Positions 17,130 through 26,510 are shown, counted from the first letter of the stretch. The stretch is DNA of 40,165 bases from Alistipes sp. (GCA_045592005.1 JAZNTY010000108.1:1-40165); one strand, 5' to 3'. Translations and numbers: made by a program. Notes: generated by a model not told the origin, from the letters alone.

Positions 17130-19481
17130 CTAAAAATTTGCCACAGCACGAACATATTGATAATATACCTTCCCCAGCGCCATACAATCCCCATTGCTCA
17201 TAGAAATAAAATCTGCACACAATTTATTTTTACTATCCTCTCTTGATGACCAGTAACTTTCGTCTAATATCTTATCGGTCAATTTAGAATTGATAATTTT
17301 TTTGTTTCTATAGATTGTCCGCAAATCCTCAGGAGTAGGCAGATACCAATCCTCTCCCAAATCGGCACACCACTTGAAAGCGTGGTATTTCTCCTCCCAT
17401 TTAGGGATAGCTGTGATAATTGACATATTATACGCGCCATTTATATTGCTATTAGCACCAATTATTTGTCCTTGTCCACTTTTATCTGACCACGGCAGTT
17501 CAGTCTGCGTCATACTGACAATTTTACCGTGGCTACCACCCTCTCTCACCTCAATAACTACTCCCTGCTTACCGTTTTCGTTATAATAGTCACCTACTTT
17601 ATAGGTTTTAACACCTGAGATACTTTGTTGCCAATTTGACACATCTCCAAAAGTCGCTACAGCACGCGCAGCACCACAGCGACCCTTTCCTAAATCAAGA
17701 GTATATCCAGACTTAACAAATACATGCCACGCTTTATACTCATTATTCGATTTTTGGTTTTCCTCTGTTGATGACAAATAGCTTATAAGGTAAGACACTG
17801 TCTCCTTGTTAGCAAGTAGAGTGCCTTTATTTGCCGCAAGGGTGCGATTAACAGCATTGTAGACAGTGTTGTCAAGTATCAAAAGTTTTAACTCCTCTAT
17901 AGCAGGCAGATACCAACCCTCTCCTAAGTTGGCACACCATTTGAAATTGGGATATTTTTCCTCCCAGTCAGGGACAGATTTTACTACTGTCATATTATAT
18001 GCACCATCAGTAGTACTACTTGCTCCGATTATTCGAGACCGTTCTTTACCATCAGTTGTCCAGTCCACAAAAGTCTCACCCATACTCACAATCTTACCAC
18101 TTTTGCCATCTGCGCTTACATCAAAGACAACACCCTCTTTGCCATTCTCATTATAGTAGTCGCCTACCTTGTAGATTTTGCCAGACGAAGAAGAGGTTTG
18201 AGTGGTTTGCTTTTTAAGCGCGGCACTAACTGTTGCCGTCCTACCCTCGGCAATGGTAACGGTCGTGGTATAAGGCTGATAGCCAGATTTTGAGACAGTG
18301 ATTTTATGCTCTCCGACAAGCAGATTATCTAACGACAGAGGCATCTGACCGACACCCACTCCGTCAATAGTCACATCCGCCATAAGTGGCGAGCCATCAA
18401 CTATCAGCGAGCCAAACAGAGGTTTTGGGGAGTCAAGGGTATAGCTCTGCTGTGGATTATCCGATGTGATATGCTTTGAGGTGGTGGTTGTGCTGTGTCC
18501 CGCCTTTTTAGCCTCAAAGATATATGTACCAGAGTTAAGCGTTCCGCTCCAGCGACTATTTCCCACCTTCTCGCCATTGACCCAAATCTCGGCATTGTCT
18601 GCCACTGTAAGGGTTACAGTTGCCGCATCGGCAGTAAGGGCAATCTGCTTTGTGACCTTACTGCCCGCGACGGTAAAAGTACCGCTCTGGCTATGGTATC
18701 CCGCAGCCGAGACGGTATAGTTATATGTTCCGCTCTCAAGAACAAGGCGCATAGCTCCGTCCGTAAGCGAGTAGTGCTTACCATCAATAGTCACAACAGC
18801 GCTCTGTGGCTCTACGGCAAAGACCACAAACTGTGGGCGCGATGCCTCGATATTGACCGGCTGGCGGAAAAAGACATTGCCTGAATTGACTACTATTTGA
18901 CTTTCAGACTTAACTCCTCCATATTCAACTTTAAGTGTATGGATACCAGGAATAACATCCTTGATTACAAGAACATAATCTATACCGGTACGACCCTTAA
19001 AGATATTATCCAAATAGACATCTGCTCCATCGATATTAGATGATACTGTAATAGGATATTGTTGATTTAGGTAAGCCTCTATATAGTACTCCTTATTCGC
19101 TTCCAAATCTATGCATACCTCGTTGGAGTCGCCAAATTCGTTATGATGGAAGTAAAAGCGAGTCTGCGGCTTGGCGGTCATCTCCAAAATCAAACCCATA
19201 TCGTACTCTGAGGTAATATTCTTTATAAGCTGGTTATTTGTCGCAAGCTTGACCTCAATACCATCTATCTCGGACTTAGTCATACGGTTGATTTTGACCT
19301 TCAAGCGGGCACATGGGCGTCGAGACGCATCTGTACCTATAGGGTCTATATTAACGCCAGTAAGGGCATCAGTCTGAACAGGGCGGAAGGTTGAAGCATT
19401 GATGATTATAGAGTTTTCTGACTGTGCAAAGAGAGTATACGCCCAGAGCAGTGTGATACAAAGCAGAGTAAGTCGTTTCAT
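17130..19481 (-). CDS. Secreted PEGA-repeat protein with two tandem C-terminal DUF1566/CLec-like domains
   Basis: Signal peptide, PEGA-like repeats (GADVYLDN..KGRT, AVVTIDG, AEIWVNG, ADVTIDG.GVGQMPL...GEHKITVSKSGY), two YKVGDYYNENGK...WYLP...RAVA.F units. Confidence 0.82.
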   Translation of the reverse strand: MKRLTLLCITLLWAYTLFAQSENSIIINASTFRPVQTDALTGVNIDPIGTDASRRPCARLKVKINRMTKSEIDGIEVKLATNNQLIKNITSEYDMGLILEMTAKPQTRFYFHHNEFGDSNEVCIDLEANKEYYIEAYLNQQYPITVSSNIDGADVYLDNIFKGRTGIDYVLVIKDVIPGIHTLKVEYGGVKSESQIVVNSGNVFFRQPVNIEASRPQFVVFAVEPQSAVVTIDGKHYSLTDGAMRLVLESGTYNYTVSAAGYHSQSGTFTVAGSKVTKQIALTADAATVTLTVADNAEIWVNGEKVGNSRWSGTLNSGTYIFEAKKAGHSTTTTSKHITSDNPQQSYTLDSPKPLFGSLIVDGSPLMADVTIDGVGVGQMPLSLDNLLVGEHKITVSKSGYQPYTTTVTIAEGRTATVSAALKKQTTQTSSSSGKIYKVGDYYNENGKEGVVFDVSADGKSGKIVSMGETFVDWTTDGKERSRIIGASSTTDGAYNMTVVKSVPDWEEKYPNFKWCANLGEGWYLPAIEELKLLILDNTVYNAVNRTLAANKGTLLANKETVSYLISYLSSTEENQKSNNEYKAWHVFVKSGYTLDLGKGRCGAARAVATFGDVSNWQQSISGVKTYKVGDYYNENGKQGVVIEVREGGSHGKIVSMTQTELPWSDKSGQGQIIGANSNINGAYNMSIITAIPKWEEKYHAFKWCADLGEDWYLPTPEDLRTIYRNKKIINSKLTDKILDESYWSSREDSKNKLCADFISMSNGDCMALGKVYYQYVRAVANF
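17133..18179 (-). repeat. Intragenic tandem domain duplication (about 17649-18179 and about 17133-17609)
   Basis: Both units share YKVGDYYNENGK.GVV..V...G..GKIVSM, IIGA....GAYNM, WEEKY..FKWCA.LGE.WYLP and RAVA.F. Confidence 0.85.
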
Positions 19482-19485
19482 AGCA

Positions 19486-19524
19486 AAATGGTTGTTTATG
19501 CAAAGATAGCATAAACAACCATTT
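19486..19524. promoter_or_regulatory. Perfect 16-bp inverted repeat with a TATCTTTG -7 element spanning its loop (terminator and/or promoter-operator)
   Basis: AAATGGTTGTTTATGC-aaagata-GCATAAACAACCATTT, ending 4 nt from the PEGA ATG. Confidence 0.7.
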
Positions 19525-19565
19525 ATTCCAAATATAGAAATACTTTTTTAGAACCCCTATATAAA

Positions 19566-20381
19566 TCAGCCTTTGACAACACCATATTTTTCAACCAACA
19601 GTTTCACAACGGCATCAGTAGCTTTCGGAAAGACCTTCCGCAGGTCAATTTCATCGGTAGTGGTCAGTATACCTTTAAGGTTACGCATAAAGGTATCTTT
19701 GATTTCGGTAGCCAAGTTAACCTTAACAATACCGTTCGCGACAGCCTGCTTTACCATATCGTGCGGAATGCCTGAACTCCCATGTAGCACAAGAGCGACA
19801 TCGGCAACTGCATTAATTTGTGCTAAACGCTCAATATCGAGTTTCGGCGGCTGCTTATAAAAGCCGTGGGCAGAACCGATAGATACTGCAAGAGCATCAA
19901 CACCCGTTTGCTGGACAAATAGTTTAGCCTGCTCCGGAGTAGTAAAGCCTCCACCCTGCTGTTGTCCGAGTTTTGCCACATAACCAAGTTCTGCCTCAAC
20001 ATTAACCCCATAAGGAGCTGCAAGTTCCACAACGCAACGAGTGGTCTGAACATTAACATCAAACGGCTGCTCAGAGGCATCAATCATAACCGAGTCAAAA
20101 CCGGCATCCAAACATCTCTGAACAAGTTCCACACTACCGCCGTGGTCAAGATGTATCCAACCCTTAACACCATAGTCGGCTATAGCCTGACGAGCCATTG
20201 CTACAGATTGCCTAAGACCCATATAGTCGATACTTGAACGGGTAAGCTGCAACAACACAGGCGACGAGGTCTGTTGTGCCGCACGCATAACAGCTTGCAG
20301 GGTTTCGAGATTATAGAAGTTGGTTGCCAGCACAGCAGTTTTACTACGGCGGCACTCTTGTAGAAGTTCCTTTACACTCAT
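19566..20381 (-). CDS. Class II fructose/tagatose-bisphosphate aldolase
   Basis: HLDHG, SVMIDAS, VEAELG, LAVSIGSAHG, LVLHGSSG, KVNLATE. Confidence 0.92.
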   Translation of the reverse strand: MSVKELLQECRRSKTAVLATNFYNLETLQAVMRAAQQTSSPVLLQLTRSSIDYMGLRQSVAMARQAIADYGVKGWIHLDHGGSVELVQRCLDAGFDSVMIDASEQPFDVNVQTTRCVVELAAPYGVNVEAELGYVAKLGQQQGGGFTTPEQAKLFVQQTGVDALAVSIGSAHGFYKQPPKLDIERLAQINAVADVALVLHGSSGIPHDMVKQAVANGIVKVNLATEIKDTFMRNLKGILTTTDEIDLRKVFPKATDAVVKLLVEKYGVVKG

Positions 20382-21631
20382 TATTTTTTCTCTTTAAGAA
20401 ACAGATGTTCTAACAATATAATCGTGATTATACCCATAACAAAGCCATTACCCACAATAGGTCGCAGCAGTGATGGAATGGCTGCCATAGCCGACTGTGG
20501 TGCGAAGCTGAGCACAACGGTAAACATTATCGGCACAGAGAGCACCAGCCCCGACCTAAAGTCCTTGACAGCTGAGGTTGTATGTATCATATTAAGACCT
20601 GCAGCCACCTGTATTGCCATAAGGTAGAGCAACACCACACCCATAACAGGCTTTGGGATAGTGAGCAGCACCGACACAGCGTCAGGCACAAAGGCAAGGG
20701 CTATCATCATAACAGCTGCCGGAATAATTGTATAACGCGAGGCGCACCCTGTAGAGGCGACAACACCAGGCGAGAGCGAGTAGTCTACAGGTCCAACAAC
20801 ACCTAAGACTCCACTAACTACATTCATAACGCCCTGCACAACCATACCTCGGCGTTGGCGATGTTCCATATTGTCTGCATCAACAAACTCGCCTAAAGAT
20901 TGTACCGAACCTATCTGATTAATAAACAGAGCTACATAGCAGAAGATAAACGCCACAACAACACCTGCATCTATCTCCACACCGCCGACAAAAAGTTGTG
21001 GTGCCACACTATCGGCAACAAAGGTCTGTGGAAAGTCCGTAAGAGCATAGTACAGCAATGACCCAATAATCATAGCCACAATGACCACCATAGATTTCCA
21101 CACACCTGTCAGCAAATTATTCGCAATAGCCATAACCACCACACCCACCAATGCAAAGGACATAGCAACAAGTTGATGCTCGGCATCCGCAAATATCATT
21201 CCCACAATAGGTTTTGCCATAGTAAAGGCTATAAGCACTACTATAGCCACGACGATACGCGGAGTAAAGAGTTGCTGCACGCGTTTCATAAGCCCAAAGG
21301 CGGCAATGAGGGCTATAAGAACGCCGCCCACAGCCATAGAGGGATAGATAGCCTGGCTACCACTCCCCTGCCCTGCTGCCGCAAGTACTCCCATAAGCAA
21401 CACCGCCGCAGGACCAGCCACAAGAGGCATACGATGACCCCACAAGGCGTTAATAATCATTGTCACTCCCATAACGGCGAAGAGTTTCTGGGTAAAGAAG
21501 AGCGTCTGACCCTCAGGGGCAACAAAGGTGCTGGTCAACACCACCGGTATACATATCATCAACCACTGCACACCGTAGAGAAACATCGCCCCAAGAGCGG
21601 GGCGACTATCTAATGGATATCTAAACTTCAT
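20381..21631 (-). CDS. NCS2/SLC23 family permease (YbbY/YwdJ-like)
   Basis: Y.LD.RP N-terminus, GVQW, GHRMPLV.GP, FTP, about 13 TM segments, GNGFVMG. Confidence 0.85.
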   Translation of the reverse strand: MKFRYPLDSRPALGAMFLYGVQWLMICIPVVLTSTFVAPEGQTLFFTQKLFAVMGVTMIINALWGHRMPLVAGPAAVLLMGVLAAAGQGSGSQAIYPSMAVGGVLIALIAAFGLMKRVQQLFTPRIVVAIVVLIAFTMAKPIVGMIFADAEHQLVAMSFALVGVVVMAIANNLLTGVWKSMVVIVAMIIGSLLYYALTDFPQTFVADSVAPQLFVGGVEIDAGVVVAFIFCYVALFINQIGSVQSLGEFVDADNMEHRQRRGMVVQGVMNVVSGVLGVVGPVDYSLSPGVVASTGCASRYTIIPAAVMMIALAFVPDAVSVLLTIPKPVMGVVLLYLMAIQVAAGLNMIHTTSAVKDFRSGLVLSVPIMFTVVLSFAPQSAMAAIPSLLRPIVGNGFVMGIITIILLEHLFLKEKK

Positions 21632-22431
21632 TACTTACACATCTCCTTAATGAGTTTGGTTGCAAGAACCGGATCATCAGTAGTGATATAGTCCACTCCC
21701 TGCTCGATAACCCAACGCAGTTTATCCTCTGCATTTACAGTCCACACATTGACCTTAAGACCACGCTTCTGGCAAGACTTAATCCACTTTGGCTTCTTTT
21801 TGAGCACATCATACTTGTAATCGATACCAGAAATGCCCATACCCTTGACATAGACAGGGTCATAGTCGCCATTCAGATAGGCAATAGGAGTACCCTCCGG
21901 AGCATAGCGTTTGAGTTCAAAGCACACCCACGGACGGAAAGCGATATACTCAACCATACTCTCCAGACCAAACTTAGCGACCATTTCGACAGTCTTTTGT
22001 ACTATCTCGGTCTCATCTGCCGGGGTGAGGTGGTTCTTAATCTCGATTATAAGCTTTGTATTTTTACTCTTCTTTGCCTGAGTCAGGTACTCCTCCAAAG
22101 TTGGAATAACCTCGCCATTCTCTAATGGGATAGCCTTCAGTTCCTCATAGGTACTCTTCTGAATATTAAGACGCGGAATATCTTCGCCCTTACGATAAAT
22201 CTTATCCGGATGCATAGAGCCATGAGCGACAACTATAACACCATCTTTAGTCATATTGATATCACACTCAGAACCATAAAGACCCAACTTTTGAGCCTGC
22301 TTAAGAGCCTCTATGGAGTTTCTACATGAGCCCTTTGTAGCGTGAAAGCCTCTATGAGCAATAACCTGTGGCTGAGCCATAGCTACAACAGAGACCATAG
22401 CAGCTGCGGCGAGAGTAAGAATTTTTTTCAT
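21631..22431 (-). CDS. Glycerophosphodiester phosphodiesterase family protein, secreted
   Basis: Signal peptide, IAHRG, ECD, IEIK, WTVN, ITTDDP. Start moved to MKKILTL at 22431. Confidence 0.92.
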   Translation of the reverse strand: MKKILTLAAAAMVSVVAMAQPQVIAHRGFHATKGSCRNSIEALKQAQKLGLYGSECDINMTKDGVIVVAHGSMHPDKIYRKGEDIPRLNIQKSTYEELKAIPLENGEVIPTLEEYLTQAKKSKNTKLIIEIKNHLTPADETEIVQKTVEMVAKFGLESMVEYIAFRPWVCFELKRYAPEGTPIAYLNGDYDPVYVKGMGISGIDYKYDVLKKKPKWIKSCQKRGLKVNVWTVNAEDKLRWVIEQGVDYITTDDPVLATKLIKEMCK

Positions 22432-22460
22432 AATAGTTTTATTTTTATATTTCAGCAAAA

Positions 22461-22518
22461 CAAAATTATAAATTTTCTGCCAAATGAGCAATTTATTCCA
22501 CAAAAAATATTATCTTTG
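22461..22518. promoter_or_regulatory. Divergent -7 elements (TAATTTTG on -, 22461-22468; TATCTTTG on +, 22511-22518)
   Basis: Consensus matches between the divergent GDPD and epimerase genes. Confidence 0.55.
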
Positions 22519-22556
22519 TCACAAATAGAATATTATAACATAAAATTTGTGCGTAT

Positions 22557-23225
22557 ATGGCAAATAAAATTTCTGTGTCTGTAATGTGTTCAGATTTAAT
22601 GAATCTTGAGAGTGACATCAAAACTCTTGAACGCAATGGTATTGATTGGTTGCATATTGATGTTATGGACGGTCACTTTGTACCAAATATGACTTTTGGT
22701 CCAGACTTTCCTAACGCCATGCACAAGGTTACAGATATGCCGCTTGATATTCATCTTATGTGTGAAGACCCTGAGTTTATCTGCTCTAAGATTGATGTTC
22801 ACGCCGGCGATATTGTATCTACCCATGTTGAGTTAGACAAGGATTTGAGCCAATTTGCAGCCGACATCCATGCCAAAGGAGCTCTCTTCGGCGTAGTTGT
22901 AAACCCTGACACTCCGGTAGAGGCTGTTGCTCCACATATGGCATATACCGATATGGTTACTCTTATGCTCGTACATCCGGGTTTCTCTGGCGCTAAGTTG
23001 GTAGACGGCATCTTGGATAAGGTTGCCCAAATGCGCCAGTGGCTCGACTCAAATGGCTATGAGAATGTGCTTATCAGTGTAGACGGTTCTGTTTCGTGTG
23101 AGCGTGCCGAGCTTATGGCTGGTATGGGCGCAAATGTATTTGTAGGCGGTACCGCAGGTGTATATCGTAAGGGTATGAGCCTTGACGAGTCTATTCCTCA
23201 ACTCCGCGCAGCTATATCAAAATAG
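22557..23225 (+). CDS. Ribulose-phosphate 3-epimerase family protein, AlsE-like (ketohexose-6-phosphate 3-epimerase)
   Basis: HIDVMDGHFVPN, DIHLM, PGF. The variants SVMC, VDGS and GGTAGVY resemble AlsE rather than Rpe. Confidence 0.85.
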   Translation: MANKISVSVMCSDLMNLESDIKTLERNGIDWLHIDVMDGHFVPNMTFGPDFPNAMHKVTDMPLDIHLMCEDPEFICSKIDVHAGDIVSTHVELDKDLSQFAADIHAKGALFGVVVNPDTPVEAVAPHMAYTDMVTLMLVHPGFSGAKLVDGILDKVAQMRQWLDSNGYENVLISVDGSVSCERAELMAGMGANVFVGGTAGVYRKGMSLDESIPQLRAAISK

Positions 23226-23226
23226 T

Positions 23227-23721
23227 ATGAGCCAGAGAATGAAGCGAGTATTCGATTTCCTGCAACAACAGGGTATCGAATACTCTTTTTATGAGCATCC
23301 CGAAGCTCCGACAATAGATATTGCTCGCCAATATTGGCGCAACGACGGCTCTAAGCACTGCAAGAACCTCTTCTTCCGAAATCACAAAGGCAACCGCCAC
23401 TACTTAGTTGTCTTTGATAGTGAACAATCATTGGCGATACACGACTTAGAGCAGCGTCTTAAGCAGGGTAAACTCTCATTTGCCTCCGAGCAGCGTATGG
23501 ACAGATATCTCGGTCTTAAACCCGGCTCAGTATCTCCCTTTGGACTTATCAATGACACCGAGAACCACACCCATCTGTTTCTTGACAAAAATCTACTCAA
23601 CTACCCATCCCTGAGTTTCCATCCAAACGACAATCGCGCTACGGTAGTTATCTCACAACAGATGTTTGCCAAATTCTTAGGTGTTATAGGAAACAGTCAC
23701 GAGTATATAGAGTTATACTAA
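23227..23721 (+). CDS. YbaK/ProX-type aminoacyl-tRNA editing protein
   Basis: HCKNLFFRN, LSFAS, GSVSPFGLIND, FHPNDN. ATG at 23227. Confidence 0.9.
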   Translation: MSQRMKRVFDFLQQQGIEYSFYEHPEAPTIDIARQYWRNDGSKHCKNLFFRNHKGNRHYLVVFDSEQSLAIHDLEQRLKQGKLSFASEQRMDRYLGLKPGSVSPFGLINDTENHTHLFLDKNLLNYPSLSFHPNDNRATVVISQQMFAKFLGVIGNSHEYIELY

Positions 23722-23764
23722 ACTTCTGAAATTAGGTATAGCAATAAACCCAAAAGTCGCAACA

Positions 23765-23789
23765 GCAATCATATTTTATGATTGTTTTT
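23765..23789 (+). terminator. Probable intrinsic terminator
   Basis: GCAATCATA-ttt-TATGATTGT followed by Ts. Confidence 0.5.
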
Positions 23790-23893
23790 CTGTTATTTTT
23801 GCATAATTTAGGACAAAAAAAATCGCTTTTTGAGAACAACGACAGCGTTTTGGTGTTACCTTTGCAGCCGTTAGGTTAAAATATATTTTTAGG

Positions 23894-25195
23894 ATGCAAA
23901 GTATATCTATATGGTTGCTTATACCATTTGTGATAATGTTACTAACGGTAGCCGTTGCACCATTGGTAGCGTCAAAGTGGTGGGATAGCAACAGCAACAA
24001 GTTGTTTTATGTTTTAGCACTTACCATACCCACCTCAATACTACTCTTTATCTGCGGTCTGGGGCATGAGTTGGCACATCAGATGGTCTATGACTACCTG
24101 CCGTTTATCATTCTTCTATGCGCTCTATTTGTTGTTACGGGTGGCATAAAAATAACTTGTCGTTCAGTAGCTACACCTACAGTAAACACAACAATGCTCT
24201 TTTTAGGCTACGCCTTAGCATCATTTGTAGGGACAACGGGCGCAGCGATGTTGCTAATTCGTCCGATATTGGAGATGAATAAACATAGAACCCACAAGGT
24301 ACACACTATATTTATCTTTATAGCCTTAGTTGCCAACTGTGGCGGTATTCTCACCCCGTTAGGAGACCCACCACTATTTCTGCTCTATCTACGCGGAACT
24401 CCATTCTCATGGTTTATGGAGATGTATCCTCAATGGGTATTTATTGGTGCTGTATTGCTGTCTCTCTACTATATTATAGATTGGATAGTGTTCAAATACT
24501 TTGAGCCTATTGGTGTGCGCCCCGCTTCACACTATGCTGACGAGGAGGGTTTCTCTGTAAATATTCGCGGCGCTAAAAACTTTATTCTCTTAATAGCAGT
24601 AGTTATCTGCGTGGCTATGATAAACCCATCCAGCATACCTGCTATGGGTCAAAACGATGCCCCTCTGTGGCTTAAATTTTTACGCGAGATTGCCCTTATT
24701 GCCATTACCGCCCTATCACTTATTGTGACAAAGAAAAAGGTGCGCCAAGATAACCACTTCTCATGGGAACCTATTACCGAGGTGGCAATAATATTTGTAG
24801 GCATATTCGTTACCATGACTCCCGCACTGCTCTATCTAAATGCCAATGCACAAAGTTTAGGCATTACTGAGCCATGGCAGTTCTACTATGCTGCTGGAGT
24901 TCTCTCTTCATTCCTCGACAACGCACCTACAGCTGTGGCATTCCATACCGTAGCGCAGGGTCTACCTCAAAGCGGCGAGCTTGTGGCAGGGGTATCCCCA
25001 ATAGTACTCAAGGCAATAGCTATGGGAGCTGTATATTTCGGCTCAATGACCTATATAGGCAACGGTCCGAACTTTATGGTCAAATCTATCGCCGAGAAAG
25101 AGGGTGTAAAGATGCCGTCATTCTTTGCTTATATCCTCTGCACTGTGTTGGTCCTTCTGCCCGTCTATGTTGCAGCTCAGTATTTGCTGCTATAA
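23894..25195 (+). CDS. Putative sodium:proton antiporter (IT superfamily)
   Basis: GTTGAAMLLIRP, LTPLGDPPLFL, SSFLDNAPT, TYIGNGPNFMVK. TACCTTTG at 23857-23864. Confidence 0.88.
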   Translation: MQSISIWLLIPFVIMLLTVAVAPLVASKWWDSNSNKLFYVLALTIPTSILLFICGLGHELAHQMVYDYLPFIILLCALFVVTGGIKITCRSVATPTVNTTMLFLGYALASFVGTTGAAMLLIRPILEMNKHRTHKVHTIFIFIALVANCGGILTPLGDPPLFLLYLRGTPFSWFMEMYPQWVFIGAVLLSLYYIIDWIVFKYFEPIGVRPASHYADEEGFSVNIRGAKNFILLIAVVICVAMINPSSIPAMGQNDAPLWLKFLREIALIAITALSLIVTKKKVRQDNHFSWEPITEVAIIFVGIFVTMTPALLYLNANAQSLGITEPWQFYYAAGVLSSFLDNAPTAVAFHTVAQGLPQSGELVAGVSPIVLKAIAMGAVYFGSMTYIGNGPNFMVKSIAEKEGVKMPSFFAYILCTVLVLLPVYVAAQYLLL

Positions 25196-25221
25196 GGCTT
25201 GTAACATCGTATAATTTACAT

Positions 25222-25261
25222 AAAAAGAGTGTGTCCGAAAATGTTTTGGACACACTCTTTT
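25222..25261. terminator. Bidirectional intrinsic terminator
   Basis: AAAAGAGTGTGTCC/GGACACACTCTTTT stem between convergent genes. Confidence 0.85.
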
Positions 25262-25283
25262 GTTTATTGTTAAAACTCTCAAA

Positions 25284-26510
25284 TTAGAGCATCTTGTTCA
25301 AATCTACGATGTTGAATGCGTAGAAGTACTTATCCATATCGTGCTCAATGCGGTCCAGAACGATATTTTCAGGGTCCATACCTACACGCTTAAGGTTTTC
25401 GTAGAGAGTGTTACGAGCAACCAGAGCCTCAGGCTTCTGCCAGATGTAGCGGCAACCGGTCTTCACGAGCCAAGCGCGACGCTCAGGGTCAATCTCGTAA
25501 AAATCAACACCCTTCTCTGACTCAAGCAACCACTTCTTCCAGCGATTAGACTCATAAACAAGACGAGTAAGAACCTCGGTAATGTGAGAGAGCATAGCTA
25601 CGCGACCATCGTTATAGTACTCTACTTCCTTCTGCTCAAGCTCCTCAAGAGCCTCATACTCGCTGATAGTGAACTCCGGACCAACATTTGCGCCACCCAT
25701 ACCACAGAGTGGGTAGTCCTGAGGGTTGCTTACGCCGTCAGTATAGTGACCCTTGATGTAGCTACCATAAGGACGCACCTTAGCGGTAAGTTTCTTAGCC
25801 ACTTCGCCATCAAAGAGGGTTGTATGCAAATCGGTACCAACCTTACCAACAATAAAGCAAGGCCATACATCCGCAAGACCCACCTCTGCAAGACCCTGCT
25901 TAAGCTCAACAAGGAATGTATCGAAAACGGTATCATCAGCCAAGCCGCCATGAACCTCCTCAGTACCTACCTCATAAGATACCTCAGGGTAATGATTTGC
26001 ACGACGATACTCCTCGCAATGCTTGATAAGTTCTACTGTACGACGAACAACCAAGTGGATATCGATAACTTCGCCCTTAGGGACATTGATATCTACTGTA
26101 GGGTCAACATGGATAAGGTCGAAGCCCGCAGCAATAGCCGCCTCAAAAGATGCCTTTACAGCATTCATAGCGCGTTCAGTCTCCCAGCGCTCGGTATTCT
26201 GCTTATCCTTGAGCCAAGGACCACCGTGGTCTACAGCAATGATGCAGTCTCCTGTAAAGTTAATAGCCTCACACTCCATACGGCACACCTTAACAAAATC
26301 GGCAGGGGTCATACCTGTATAACCGCCATCGGTGTCAATCTGGTTGAGTGTAGCAGCAAAATAGATAGGGGCATTGTTACGCTTTGCAGAGCGGATAGAT
26401 GCACGAATAACAGCTGAAGAGTTTGGACAAGCAGCAAAAATGGTGCGTTTTACACCGGTCTGCTCCTCCAACTCAGCCATACGTTTCAAGAGTTTTTCGG
26501 TTTTTGCCAT
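25284..26510 (-). CDS. GatZ/KbaZ family protein (tagatose-6-phosphate 4-epimerase-like)
   Basis: ATLNQID.DGGYTGMTPADF, DHGGPW, IHVDPT, YEVGTEE, KGHYTD, ANVGPEFT. Confidence 0.88.
   Translation of the reverse strand: MAKTEKLLKRMAELEEQTGVKRTIFAACPNSSAVIRASIRSAKRNNAPIYFAATLNQIDTDGGYTGMTPADFVKVCRMECEAINFTGDCIIAVDHGGPWLKDKQNTERWETERAMNAVKASFEAAIAAGFDLIHVDPTVDINVPKGEVIDIHLVVRRTVELIKHCEEYRRANHYPEVSYEVGTEEVHGGLADDTVFDTFLVELKQGLAEVGLADVWPCFIVGKVGTDLHTTLFDGEVAKKLTAKVRPYGSYIKGHYTDGVSNPQDYPLCGMGGANVGPEFTISEYEALEELEQKEVEYYNDGRVAMLSHITEVLTRLVYESNRWKKWLLESEKGVDFYEIDPERRAWLVKTGCRYIWQKPEALVARNTLYENLKRVGMDPENIVLDRIEHDMDKYFYAFNIVDLNKML

Noticed and set aside
17130-18179. The two tip domains as a DGR TR/VR pair
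   Set aside because: Both are coding and far too diverged, with indels; differences are not adenine-restricted.
25584-26417. 277-aa + strand ORF and the many other short ORFs overlapping called genes
   Set aside because: Antisense or alternate-frame shadows of well-supported genes with no recognisable motifs.
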